Below are positions 23,601 through 62,512 of a DNA stretch of 64,000 nucleotides, piece by piece. Origin of the DNA: Lama glama. Taxonomy: Eukaryota. Where the stretch lies: NCBI GenBank assembly GCA_028534125.1, contig CM052818.1, forward strand, positions 1,056,001 to 1,120,000. The letters are read 5' to 3'. Position 1 is the stretch's first letter; every line of letters begins with the position of its first letter. Both the position numbers and the translations under genes were made by a program. A model generated the notes under the pieces. That model was not told where the DNA came from, did no database searches, and worked only from the letters and a program-made list of their open reading frames with translations.

Positions 23601-25620
23601 GTTGTATACTTATGTGAGGAGTTCCACAGAGTAAATTCCTAGAACCAGAATTGACAGATTACAGGGATGACTGCTTTAACTTGTTGACAGATATCGCTGA
23701 CTTGATTTCCAGAAACGCTGTGCCAGCTCGCGCTCATTCCAAGGCTGTCCTCTTGCACCCCATCCCCGCTGGACGTCACTGTTGTATTAAATGGCAGTTT
23801 TAAGCTACCAGTGAGGTTAAGCTTTTTGTCACATGTTTAACTGCCTTTTGTATTCCTGCTGCGTACCGTTTATTCGGATTGAGAAACTGACAGAACCCCA
23901 AATATAAAAAATTAACTTCTTTATTTTATTCTGTTACTTGAGTGAAATTTTTATGTTTCGATCTTTAATCTGACATTTTTTTAATGAATTGGAACACTAT
24001 CTTTGTATTTAATATTTATTACTGTTATATTTGTACAAGTGGTAAGTAAAGTCGTCCTTTTCTTACGTATTTGAAATACCAGCTTCATCATAGATTAAAT
24101 CTTATGCACCTGTAAGGCTATTTCCAGACTTCCTGTTCTGTTCCTGCTCACTCTGTTTGTCTATTTCGGCTTTGCCTCATATTGTTTTAATCACTGCAGC
24201 TTTAAAACACATGCCTGGTACCGAATAGGCACTCAACAGATATTTGTTACTCTCTAAATTTACTTATAAATATACTTAAGAATCAATTCATCAAGTTATT
24301 TTAAAACGCACTGTTTCAAGTCTTTTACTAATAAACTCCTTGAGCATTTTAATTTTAGTCACAGCTTTTATTGGTAGCGTATGTTTTCATTAAGTTTTTT
24401 TTAAAACTATATCTGAAAGTATTTTCTTTAATTTGGCAAGTTTTTCCCATTCAATTACTGCTATGCAGATAGATTCAGTTGTGTCATCTTTTATAGATTC
24501 AGACTGCTTTTTAATGCCCCCTTGTTTCCCCTCAATTGCTTTCTAGTCTGTTTGTTGCTTTTCCTCAACCCCAACAATTTAAAAAATATGTAATCTTTAG
24601 AAATTGATCTTTATCTTTTTACTCCTAAATACATATCCTAAAGCCTGTGTAATTCCAAAGTCACTCCTCTTAGAAGCCTAGAAACCAAGATAGCAAGACA
24701 AAAATTAGAGATATGGAAGATCTAAACAATACAATTAATAAATTTGACCTATTAGATACAGTAGCATTTTGCACCCAACAGAGAATTCACATTGTTTTTC
24801 AGCACCAGAAGAACATTTAAATTGGCCATAAAAGTAGTTGGAATAAATTTCACAGAATTAATACCATACAGATCATGTCATCTGCCCATAATGCATTAAA
24901 ATTAGAAATTAATAACAAAAGTAGGACTTAAAAGCACATGGCTCTTGCAATTTTGCCAGCTCTGCTGTCTCCTCTTATCTCTCCTACCTGCCCCTTCCTC
25001 TTGGATGGCTCGGCAGCTCCGGAAACTTGAAATTCTCACTCTACACAGCAACTCAGCTTCTTTAGCCTCTCCTTGCAAGCTCAGCTCCTGGGCCAACTTT
25101 CTTCATCCAGAACCCATTCAGGTGCCCAGTAAAAATAAAAGGGTTATCTTCTGGTTTACCAGGATCCACCTTCCTAAGAAGATTTTAATGACAACTTCAC
25201 ACACAACCAGTATCTACTGGCTTTCCATTCCTATCTCCATGAAAAATGAATAAGTAAGCTACAAACACTGTGGAAATTCCCTTCTCCTCTCTCCCTTCCT
25301 CCCCTAGTTTTTGAACATGTTTTACGATTCTCGTTCATTTCTGAAATCAACAAATAGCACTGAGCACCTACTACATGCCAGGCACTGGAGGAAGCCGAGG
25401 GCAGAGATGAGCCAGGCCCAAATGAGATGTAGTCCCTGCTGTCTTGGAGCTTATGGTCTAGCTAGAGAGACATAAGACAATATAGCCATCCAAACCAGTG
25501 TAGCACTGCCCTTGTGGACAGCAAGGAGAGCCTGTGGTAAGGAGATTCTACCCAGCTAGGGAGGTCAGGCAAAGCTGGACTGCATGAGGGATGCTGGAAT
25601 GATTTTAACAGAAGAATAAG

Positions 25621-25720
25621 NNNNNNNNNNNNNNNNNNNNNNNNNNNNNNNNNNNNNNNNNNNNNNNNNNNNNNNNNNNNNNNNNNNNNNNNNNNNNNNN
25701 NNNNNNNNNNNNNNNNNNNN
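25621..25720. other. Assembly gap (100 N, placeholder size)
   Basis: Run of exactly 100 N. Confidence 0.99.
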
Positions 25721-26206
25721 GATCAAGTAAACATCACAGATGGGAAGAAACTAAGGAGACACAATGACCAAATGCAATGTGGGATCCTGGATTAGAACTT
25801 GGAACAGAAAAAATGATGTTAATGGAAAAACTGGTGAAATCTGAATAAAGTCTGCAGTCTAGTTAATGATATTGTACCAAATATTGGTTTCTCAGTTTGG
25901 ACTAATGTACCTGTAAAATGTTAACATTAATGAAAGCTGGCTTACGGATATATGACAACTCTCTGTACTATATTTGCAACTTTTCTGTAAGTCTAAAATT
26001 ATCCCCCAAATTTAAAATAATGTTTAAGCTGACAGACACCAAAAACATCCTCAAATCCAGAAAATAATGCAATTTTTAAAAACTAACCATCTCACATACT
26101 TTTGTAATATTTTTCCCCTACCATTTTTTGGTTTCATTTGATTATGTCTTCACATAACAATGATTTTGTAATATTTTCTAAACACAGAACAAAAGATCTT
26201 TTTTCC

Positions 26207-27722
26207 TTCAGACTATACTACAAAGCTACAGTAATCAAAACAGTATTATGCTGACACAAAAACAGACACATAGATCAATGGAACAGGATAGAAGGCCCAG
26301 AAATAAAGCCACACACTTACGGTCAATGAATCTATGACAAAGGAGGCAAGAATATACAATGGAGAAAAGACAGTTTCTTCGATAAGTGCTGGGAAAATTG
26401 GACAGCTACCCATAAAAAAATGAAATTAGAACATTCTCTAATACCATATATGAAAATAAACTCAAAATGGATTAAAGACCTAAATGTAAGACCAGACACT
26501 TGAAACTCCTAGAGGAAAACATAGGCAGGACACTCTTTGACATAAATTGCAGCAACATTTTTTGGATCTGTCTGCTAGATTAATGGAAACAAAAGTAAAA
26601 ATAAACAAATGGGGAATAATTAAACTTAAAAGCTTTTGCACAGCAAATGACACCATGAGCAAAATGAAAAGATAACCTACAAACTGGGAGAAAATATTTG
26701 CAAATGATGAGATTGACAATGGATTAATTTCCAAAATATACATACTTCATATAGCTTAATATCAAAAAAAACAAAAACAAGCAACCCAATCAAAAAATGG
26801 GCAGGAGTCCTAAATAGACATTTCTCCAAAGAAGATATGTAAATGGCCAAAAAGCACATGAAAAGATGCTCAACATCACTAATTATAGAGAAATGCAAAT
26901 CAAAACTACAATGAGGTATCACTTCATGCCAGTCAGAATGGCCATCATTAAAAAGTCTACAAATAATAAATGCTGGAGTGGGTGTGGAGAAAAGGCAACC
27001 CTTGTACAGTGTTGGTGGGAATGTAAATTGGTGCAGCCACTATGGAGAACAGTATGGAGGTTCCTTAAAAAACTAAAAATAATGTTACCATATGATCCAG
27101 CAATCTCACTCCTGGGCATATATCTGGAGAAAACTCTAACTTGAAAAGACACATGGGCTCCAATGTTCATAGCAGCACTATGTACAATAACCAAGGTGTG
27201 AAAACAACCTAAATGTCCACAAACAGATGACTGGATAAAGAAGTTCTGATATATATAATGAAATATTACTCACTCATGAAAAAGAATGAAATAATGCCAT
27301 TTGCAGCAACATGGATGGACCTAGATATTATCACATTAAATGAAGTAAGTCAGATAGAGAAAGACGAATATCATATCACTTATATGTGGAATCTTACAAA
27401 ATGGTGCAAATGAACTTATTTACAAACCAGAAACAGATTCACAGACACAGAAAACAAACTGTGGTTACCAAAGGAGTATGAGTGGGAGGGATAAATTAGG
27501 AGTTTGGGATTAACAAATACACACTACTATATGTAAAATAGATAAACAACAATGACCTGCTGTATAGCACAGGGAACTATGTTCAATATCTTCTATTAAG
27601 CTATACTGAAAAATAATCTGATTAAGAATATACGTGTGTGTATATATATATAATTGAATCACTTTTCGGTATGCATGAAACTAACACAACATTGTAAATC
27701 AACTATACTTCATTAAAAAAAG
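26207..27722 (+). mobile_element. 5'-truncated L1 (3' part of ORF2 + 3' UTR + A tail), frameshifted
   Basis: ttcagactatactacaaagctacagtaatcaaaacag...; ORF fragment [64 protein letters not shown] (Cys-rich domain). Confidence 0.93.
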
Positions 27723-28865
27723 GCAAAACAAATGTACTTTTCAAGTTTCTGGGTTCCTCTTTTAGCTCTATTTTTTCCTTGTCATTTATTTTTTGAAGAA
27801 AGTGTTTGTCTTACAGATTCCCACAGTTTAGATATTGCTGGTTACATCCCTGAGCTCCTGTTTAACAGCTTTCTCTGTCCTATACACTTCCTGTAAATTT
27901 GTTGTTGGATCTAGAGGCTTGATCAGATTCTGGTTAGTTTTTTGGGGCACGATCACCTCCTGTTGGTGGTGTGTTCTTCCATCAGGAGGTGTATAATTCC
28001 TAGTTATCTCTTTGGATTGATGTCAACAGCCATTGACAATCACTGCCTAGAATTATTCATTCACTAGGGGTTACAAAATGGTGCTATTCTGTTTCCGTCA
28101 TTCCTCCTTTGTTCATTTGCTAGAACACTTCTATAAAAAGAAGTCTTCTCCTGTAAAATTTTTTTTTACCTAGTGTCACAATTCATATAGGCAGGGCAGG
28201 AATTCTTTCCCTTTAGTTAGCAGTTTTCAAAATAATGTGTTGGTTCCTGTGGCATGTCACTCCATCGATGACCAGGGTTGACCTGGCTGTTGTGGCTGGC
28301 TGGGTGGGTGTTCCGTTCCCCCTAACTGCTCCGCGTGCATGCACCCTGAAGCTGCATGTTCACTCAAAGAGAATGACCTTCCCCCAGAGAGGAGGACTGT
28401 TTTTTGCTAAGGGTATATGAGTAGCTGGGTTCTCCTGCTGGAACCTCTGAAGAAGTTCCTTAGTAGCTTCTAATGATGACAAACTTAATTTAAAAAATCA
28501 TTATGAAAACATTGAATATGTTCAATGTATTTCAATCCATTGATTTATTATCCTTGTTGGTGCTCGAGCTGTTGCAGTTTTGGCCAGGGGAAGCCTCTCA
28601 AGTTGCCTCCTGAGTCCTTTCCGACTTAATCCTAGTAATGTTTGATGACTTTCTTCCAATACGGCATAGAGGAGGCAGGCAAGAAGCAGATGCTCTCTGC
28701 AGCTTCTAGGTTTGGTGGGAGCACCTCTGCTTAGTCTCACCCTCCCAGAAGACAACACTGTACCTTCTAGGTTTCTGGTTAGGGCTTTAAGAGATTCCCC
28801 AAGAGAAGGATCACAGGAGATGGAACTGGTGGGGGTGGGGAAGATGATGAGTTCACTTCTATCTT

Positions 28866-29253
28866 TGTCATGGGCTAAATTGTGTCCCACCTTCCCCCAA
28901 ATTCCTATGTTGAAGTTCTAACTCCCAGGATCTCAATTGTGATTGTATTTGGAGATAAGGCCTTTGAAGAGGTAAATAAGGAAAATGTGGTCGTATTAAT
29001 GGCTCCTAATCCAGTATGATTGGTGTCCTTTATGAGAAGAGAAGATTAGCACACAGACTGAGGGACAACCACGTGAAGATGCAACAAGAAGACCGCCACC
29101 TGCAGGCCAATGAGACAGACCTCAGAAGAAACCAAATTTGGCAACACCTCAACCTTGGAATTCTAGTTTCCAGAACTGTGAAAAATAAATTTGTGTTGTT
29201 TGAGCCACACGGTCTGTGGCATCTTGTTAGGGTAACCTCATCAAACTAATACA
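28866..29253 (+). mobile_element. MaLR solo LTR (MLT1A/B-like)
   Basis: TG...CA ends (tgtcatgggctaaattgtgtccc ... aactaataca), 388 bp, 5-bp TSD atctt/aactt, internal poly(A) signal aataaa. Confidence 0.85.
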
Positions 29254-30025
29254 AACTTGTTGAGCTTGAGGCATTTTAGGGATGTTTCATAGCATTCATA
29301 AGAGCGGGTTTGGGATTCAGGAAAGAGGAGTGGGCTGGAAGTAGATACATGGCATGTGAGGACATATACAGGATTGATAAAATCCTGTATGTAAATGTGA
29401 GTCTCCAGGGAAAGTCTGAGGGCTGAACAGAGAAGAGGGCTGAGAAATTAAGGAATGGAGGAAGGAAGACCTAGAAGCAGTGTTAAAATGTGCAAATGAT
29501 TTGGCCGGGTTGAGGGAGAGGCAGGAGCAAAAGCAGGGAAGACCGGAGTCCCAGAGGAAGAGAATGGGGTTGAGGGAGTCTGGAGAGGGGAGTGGTTAAC
29601 TCCTGAATGCCAAAGAAAGGTCAGGTCAGATAAGGACTGACGAGGACTCTGGGATTTTGCAATCACAGACGGGGTGTGAGCATGGAAGGACAGGCTGCAG
29701 TGCTTTGGAGTGTGAACGGGGAAGTGAGGGGATTAAGGCTAGGAGGGTAAATCATCTCCGGAAAACAGACAGAAAGGAGGACACGGTATAGACTGACAGA
29801 GAGAGGTAGATGTTGTTTTCTCTGTTTTTATTGGGCGTGATTGAGCATATTTACATGAGGAAAGGAAGGAGCCAGTGAGGATGAGAAGGATGACAAAGAC
29901 AGAAATGAGGGAGAAGATGGAACCCTGACTGCCCCAAGGCAGAGAGGAAAATTAAGCATACCAGAACACCTCTTCCTCTGAGACGAAAGATGCAGTGGTG
30001 ATAGGTCTGGGGTAGGAATGTGGGG

Positions 30026-31610
30026 ATGACTATTCATACCCACTTTTTATGTAGATGCATGTTTTCATTTCTCTTGGGCATATTTCTAGGAGTGAAACTG
30101 CTGAGTCCTATGTTAACGCTCATGTTTAACAATTTGAGGAACTGCCAAACTGTTTTCCAAAGTGGCTGCACCATTTTATATTCCCACCAGCAATGTATGA
30201 GGGTTCCAGGGTCTCCATGTCCTGACAACACTTGTTATTGTCTGTCTTTTTTATTATATCCACTTAGGTGGGAGCGAAGTGGTATCTCATTGTGGTTCTA
30301 ATTTGTATTTCCTTAATGGCTAATGTTTTGGTTTCTTTTCATGTGCATACTAGCTATCTGTGTATTTTCTTTAGGGAAAGATCTATTCAAATCATTTGCA
30401 CATTTTAAAATTGGGTTATTTGTCTTTTTATTGTTGAATTGTAAGAGTTCTTTAAATATTCTGCGTATTAGCCTCTTATCAGATATGTGACTTGCAAATA
30501 TTTCCTCCCGCCTTGCAGGTTATTCTTTTACTTACTTGATGATATTCTTTGAAGGACAAAAGTTTTTAATTTTGAAGAAGTCTAGTTTATCTATTTTTTG
30601 TCTTTCGTTATTTGTGCTTTTGGTGTTGTACTTGAGAAGGCTTTGCCTAACCTAAGGTCATGAATATTTACTCCTAAATTTTCTTCTAAGAGTTTTATAG
30701 TTTTAGTGCTTACATTTAGGTCTATGATCCATTTTGAGTTAACTTTTGTGTATGGTAAAGAAGGGGTCCAACTTTAGTCTTTTGCCTGCAAATATCCAGC
30801 TGTCTGAACACCATTTGTTGAAAAGTCTATTCTTTTCCCATGGAATGGTTTTTGGAAACCTTACTGAAAAATAGTTGGCCATAAATGTAAGGGTTTATTT
30901 TTGGAATCTCAGTTCTATTCCACTGATCTGTCTATCCTTTTGCCAGTACCACGCTCCTTGATTTGTAGTAAGTTTTGAAATTGGGAAGTGTCAGTCCTCC
31001 AACTTCTTTTTTCACTTCAAGACTGTTTGGCTATTTTGGGTCCCTTGTATTTCCATGTGATTTTCAGGATCAGCTTGTAAATTTCTGCAAAAACAGCAGC
31101 TGGGATATGGACAGAAAATATGTTGAATCTGCAGATCAGTTTGGGAGGGTACTGGCATCTTAATACTATTAAGTCTTCCAACTCATGAACATTTAATTAG
31201 GTCTTTGTTAATTTCTTTCAATAATGTTTTGTAGCTTTCTGTGTACAAGTCTTACATTTCTTTTGTTAAATTCACTTCAAAATATTTTATTCTTTTTGAT
31301 ACTATTATAAATGGAATTGTTTTCTTAATTTTATTTTAAAATTTTCACTGCTAGTGTGTAGATACATCTGATTTTAATATATTGCCCTTGTATCCTTTAA
31401 CCTTGCTGTACCCATTCAGTTAGTTTCTTAGTGGATTCCTTAGAATTTTCTATTTACAAGGTCATGTAATCTGCAAACAGAGATAGTTTTACTCTTCCTT
31501 TCCAATCTGGATAGTTTTTATTTCTTCTTCTTGCCTAACTGCCCTAGATAGAACCTCTAACACAATGTTAAATAGAAGTGGAGACATTCTTGTCTTCCTC
31601 TTAATTTTAG
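30026..31610 (-). mobile_element. Older L1 (L1MA/MB-type) ORF2 3' fragment
   Basis: Minus [27 protein letters not shown]; long run of antisense ORF2 text. Confidence 0.85.
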
Positions 31611-31629
31611 GGAGTATACCGTGATTTTT

Positions 31630-32450
31630 AATGGCTATTTTAAAGATGTCAATGTTTCTCAAAACAATTTCTCTTACAATTCCAAAGAGAATTAGAGCTC
31701 ATGTGGATGAATATACAGGCGAGAGTAGCTATAAAATCTTTGAAAAAAAGAGAAATAAGTGAAAATTTCCTCTGCCCCTGTAATAAAGCATTTAAAAGGC
31801 CACAATAATTAAAACAATGGCACTGGCAAAAAGATAAAAATCTCAGTGAAACAGAATACAAAGTTCAGACTCGGGCTATAGTATATATAAGAACTTGTAT
31901 GAGAAAACCAGTGGCAAAGGAACAGGGTTTTGCAGGAAGAACTGGGAAACCTGGGTAGCTGTTGGGAGAGCAAGGATTAGATTTTCACCTCAAATCATTC
32001 ACCAAAATGGTTTCTCAGAGAATTTAAAGAGAATGAAAGAACAAAGAAAAAGCCAACAACATCTAAACTAGAAAAATATTTGAGTTATGTTACTGGAACT
32101 GTAAGTGTGGAAGAACTTAAGCTTGAAACAAGGAAGAAATTCAAGGGTTTGACTACATAACTTATGTCAAAACACACTTGCAATAAATATAAAAGACTGT
32201 TATTATTCTTAACATATACAGGGTTGATATAGATGAATAAGAAGTTAAGGCTTCCAAGAAAAATGGGCATAGAAAATAGACAATTCAGAAAATAGACAAC
32301 TCATTAATAGAGGAAATGCAAATGATTAAAGCTGAAAAATGTTCAATTTCACCAGCAATCAAAGAAATGCAAATGAAACAAGGAGATACAAACTCTGCTT
32401 TCAGCAAAGATTTCTAAGATGGTATCACTCATCGCTGCTTAGAGTGTGTT
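31630..32450 (+). mobile_element. Ancient L1 ORF2 3' fragment
   Basis: Decayed text (taaagatgtcaatgtttctc, aataattaaaacaatggcactggca, caatcaaagaaatgcaaatgaaaca). Confidence 0.6.
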
Positions 32451-32469
32451 GAGATGGCTTCTCATACTA

Positions 32470-35135
32470 ACCTTACAAAGTGACTTCCCATTATTAGGCC
32501 CATTTTATAAATGTGGAAACAGACTCTGGGGATCAGTAATTTGCCCAAACTTATACTGCGAGTAAGTGGTGGCACTAGGACTTGAACTTGGGCTGTGTGA
32601 CTCTATTACGGTGAGGCTGTCTAGAAAGCAGACTTGGGAGGGAGAGGTGAAGGCCAGGCAGAAACGCAGCTTGGAGAGCCAGGCAAATATACTTGAAATA
32701 CCTGTGTGGAAGGCTTATGACAGTGCAGAGGGAAGCAATGAGTGGAAATTACACAAAGAACCACTCTTTTAAAGCAAGAAGTGTCCCTAAAGGACTGGAG
32801 AGGCCCAGGGAGGCAGAGAGCATACCCAGCCCTGGGGAGGAAGAGGAAGAAGGAAGATCCTCTCTCTAACACCAGACTGCAGTGGGTGAGGGGTGAGTGG
32901 TCTCATCTTCCAGAGAAGGAAACCACTCTAGTGGCCGGGACCTCACTGTCTTGAGTTTCTGCTTTTTTTTTCTCAACCACAGACAGCTGGCAGAGCTTGC
33001 CCTTTCTCCTACGGCCAAGTGACCCGTGCGTGCGGGAGCCTTGCCTGGCTGGCTTCACTGCCCTCTTAAAGTTGTAATCCCAGGTCAGCAGGAAGCCTGA
33101 GCTTGCGAAACTATGAGGGCCCAGGTAGGAGGAAGGAGTGTAGGGGAAACACATCTGAGTTCTCTTTGCTCTTTCCTGGAGTCTTGCTACTTGATGGGGG
33201 AAGGGGAGGGAGGTAGGTGGGAGGAGACAATCCCATCCTGTTGGAGAGCTAAGAAACAGACAAAACACCACCGTTAAAGGATAGTGACAAATATATGTTT
33301 GTGGTAGCTTGGTAAAGATACCTTCATTTGCAAAGCCCTTGGGGAATCCATTTTTAAAGTGGGGGCTTCATCCTGACTCTGTAACCTTGGGCAGGTCTGC
33401 TAATCTTTTTTTACACCTCAATTTCTTCATCTGCAAAATGGGTGTCACAATACTTCCTGCTTTATTGACTTCAGATGATGTAGTGCTTAGATGACCAACA
33501 AGCCGGTGTGAGGGCGGAGTACCACAGGCTGTAGAGTCCCTCAGACCCGGGTTCAAGTTCGGTCTCTGCAATTTTCCAGGTGGAAACTTGGGGAAAATTA
33601 CACAAGCTGTCTCTGCTTTAGTTTCCTCCTCAGTGAAACTGATGGTAACAGTAGCATAGCACCTGCCTTAAATAGTTGTCTTCAGGGGTAAATGAGATAA
33701 TACACATAAAGTAAATGGTAGAACCAGCACTGTACAGTCCACAGCTTTAATCTTCATACTACGGTTGCATAACCATAATGCATATAAAATAACAACACAT
33801 AGTACAGAGAAAAGACTGGAAAAAAATACAACAAACTATTAACAGTGTCTATTTCTGGACACTGAGATTCTACTTTATTTATAATTTATAAATAATTTAT
33901 AAATCTCTTTCCTTCTTTATTTTTTCCTGTATTTTCTGTATTTTCCTAATTACTTTTATAATCAGAAGAAAACTACATTTGATGTTCAGATGCCCTGAGA
34001 TTGTTTGTGATAGTCTCCACTGCGTTCAAATCTTTGACAGTATTTTCTCAAGTAATCTTCTCAGCAACTGTCTTCAGTAGGAATCATCATCCCTTTTCTA
34101 GGTGAGGAAATAAGGCTGAGAGAGCTGGCTTAATCTTCACGTCTCATTGCTGTTAAGTGGCAAAGAGCCAAGATCCAAAGGCAGATCTAGCTGTCTCCAA
34201 AGCTGGGTGTAAGTCCCCAGGGATGTTGGGCCACGAAGCTCAGTGGCAAGGACTCCTCCACCCATCTTCTGAGCACAGGGTTAAGGTGGGAGGCTGTCAG
34301 GACTGGGCCTGTGGTACGTGTGCTCCCATGGGTCTCATGTGCCTGGCGTACTGGTTTCCTAGTACCCATATCCCTGGTGGAGGACATGGCCTGGAAAGTG
34401 GAGATTCTGACATCTTCTCACAGCTTAAGAAGTCAAGAGGTACTGTGCACAGTCTCCTGAAGAAGAAATAGAGGTTTCCTCTATCGACGTATCCAACAGA
34501 GGAATTAAAAAAAAAAGGACATAACTATGCAAAGATTGAGGGAGGGAAGTGAGTATGAACTAAATCATTATCTATCGTAACAGGAAGACAATAGATAATG
34601 GCCGGTCCTGACAAATCTAGATATGGCTATGTGGCTACGTAAGCATTTCACACAGAGATACTGAGGTAACCACAGGCCTGAAACACAAGTGGCTGTAAAT
34701 GGTTATCTCTAGAATGAAGGATAGAGGAGGTTTTTTTGCTTTTCATCATCAGCGTTTATGTCCTGTTTGATTTTTTTTAAGGTGTGTATTACATCTTATT
34801 TTTAAAATACTACTTTTAATACAGGCTCTGAAGGTTAAAAAAAAAAAGAACAGACCTTGGGGTCATCTCTGTGGATTCACATCCCTCCTCTGCCAGATAC
34901 AGGTCTTGGGCAGGTTAGCCTCTCTAAACTCTGATCTTATCTAATGCAAAATAAGGATAAAAACCACTCACCCAACAGGGTTGCTCTGGGGATAAAATGA
35001 GGTGACTCACATAAACCACACGGCCCAGCACTCGCTGAAGTTCAGCGTCTGTAACTACTAACTATTGTTACCATTATTAATAATAAACCAAGCGTGCAAG
35101 TCACACTCAGGGCTTTGCACATAGTAGGCACTTAA
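32470..35135. mobile_element. Several MIR SINE fragments upstream of the promoter (~32480-32610, 33370-33720, 34085-34200, 34830-35135)
   Basis: MIR cores such as ccttgggcaggtc...cctcaatttcttcatctgcaaaatggg, cccattttataaatgtggaaacaga and ataaaatgaggtgactca. Confidence 0.65.
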
Positions 35136-35929
35136 TGGGTGGAAGTAATGTTTAAAAACCCCACCAGAGCCTATAATTTTCGCCAACTCCTGACGCACCA
35201 GCCCGAGGGCTCCGAGTGAGCACTTAAATATTGATGTGGTTACTCATTTATTCATCACTCTGCTTTCCGCCGCAGTGTCCGCCGAGGGCGAGCCCAGCTC
35301 CCTGGTCCCTCCCGCGCGCGGAGGCTGGAGGCAGGGACAGCTCACCCGCTTTCAGGTCGCCGATGCGGGGCTGTCACGTGGCGCAGCGGGAACGCTTCTG
35401 GTTTCACGCAGCGAACAGGGGCGGGTGGGAAGACGGCGAGCGCGGCTCCAGATGAAGTGGGCAGCCGGGGTCCGCATCGCCCCTACACGCCAGCGCCATG
35501 GGGATGGCCCTCCCGGGAGGGGCGGGGCGGGCAGCTTTAGGGCGAGGGCTTTCGGGAGGGACACCTTGAGGGGAGACTTGGGATTGGCCGGGAGACGCGG
35601 AGCGGGCATTTCGTACCCGGCCGAGGGTGTCGCGCTGCCCCCAGGCGAGGAGGGGTTTCCCTAGTGCCCCCCAGCCCGGGGCCAGACCAGCGCGGGAGCC
35701 CCGCCCCCACTCTGCGGAGGCCGCGCGCCCCGCCCCCGGCCCGCGCAGCGCGGCGCCGCGCTCGCGCTCCCGTTGGGTCTGCGGCCTCTGTGACGAGGGC
35801 GTGACGGCCAGCGTCCCCCGGCTCTCTCGCACTGTCGCGAGGGTCCGGGTCAGGGTCGCAAGTCGCGGATCGCCGGCCGCTGGGCGTGGCGGGAGGCGGG
35901 GCGCTGACGTCGCGGCGCGGCCGGCGGCT

Positions 35930-35961
35930 GGGGAGGCGGGGAGGCGGGGAGGCGGGGAGGC
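35930..35961 (+). repeat. (GGGGAGGC)4 tandem repeat, G-quadruplex-capable
   Basis: Four exact 8-nt units giving four GGGG tracts with 4-nt loops. Confidence 0.85.
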
Positions 35962-36131
35962 GGCGGCCGGCTCGGCCCAGCCCTGGCCGCAGCTGCGGCG
36001 GCCGGGCGTGCGGGTGGCGGCGGCGCTCGGAGCCGGCTCCTGATCGCCCTCCGCCGCTGCCCAGTTTCTCATTCTGTCCTGGTGCCCACGGCCGGCTCGG
36101 TCAGCCCTCGCCCGCCGCCGCTTCCCCCGCC

Positions 36132-62512
<26,381 letters not shown>

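Noticed and set aside
33872..33904. AT-rich quasi-palindrome tttatttataatttataaataatttataaat
   Set aside because: Low-complexity slippage within an old L1 remnant.
35886..36131. In-frame upstream extension of exon 1 from a GTG
   Set aside because: Stop-free frames are expected in a CpG island, and the ATG at 36132 has an optimal Kozak and gives the known N-terminus; no evidence of non-AUG initiation.
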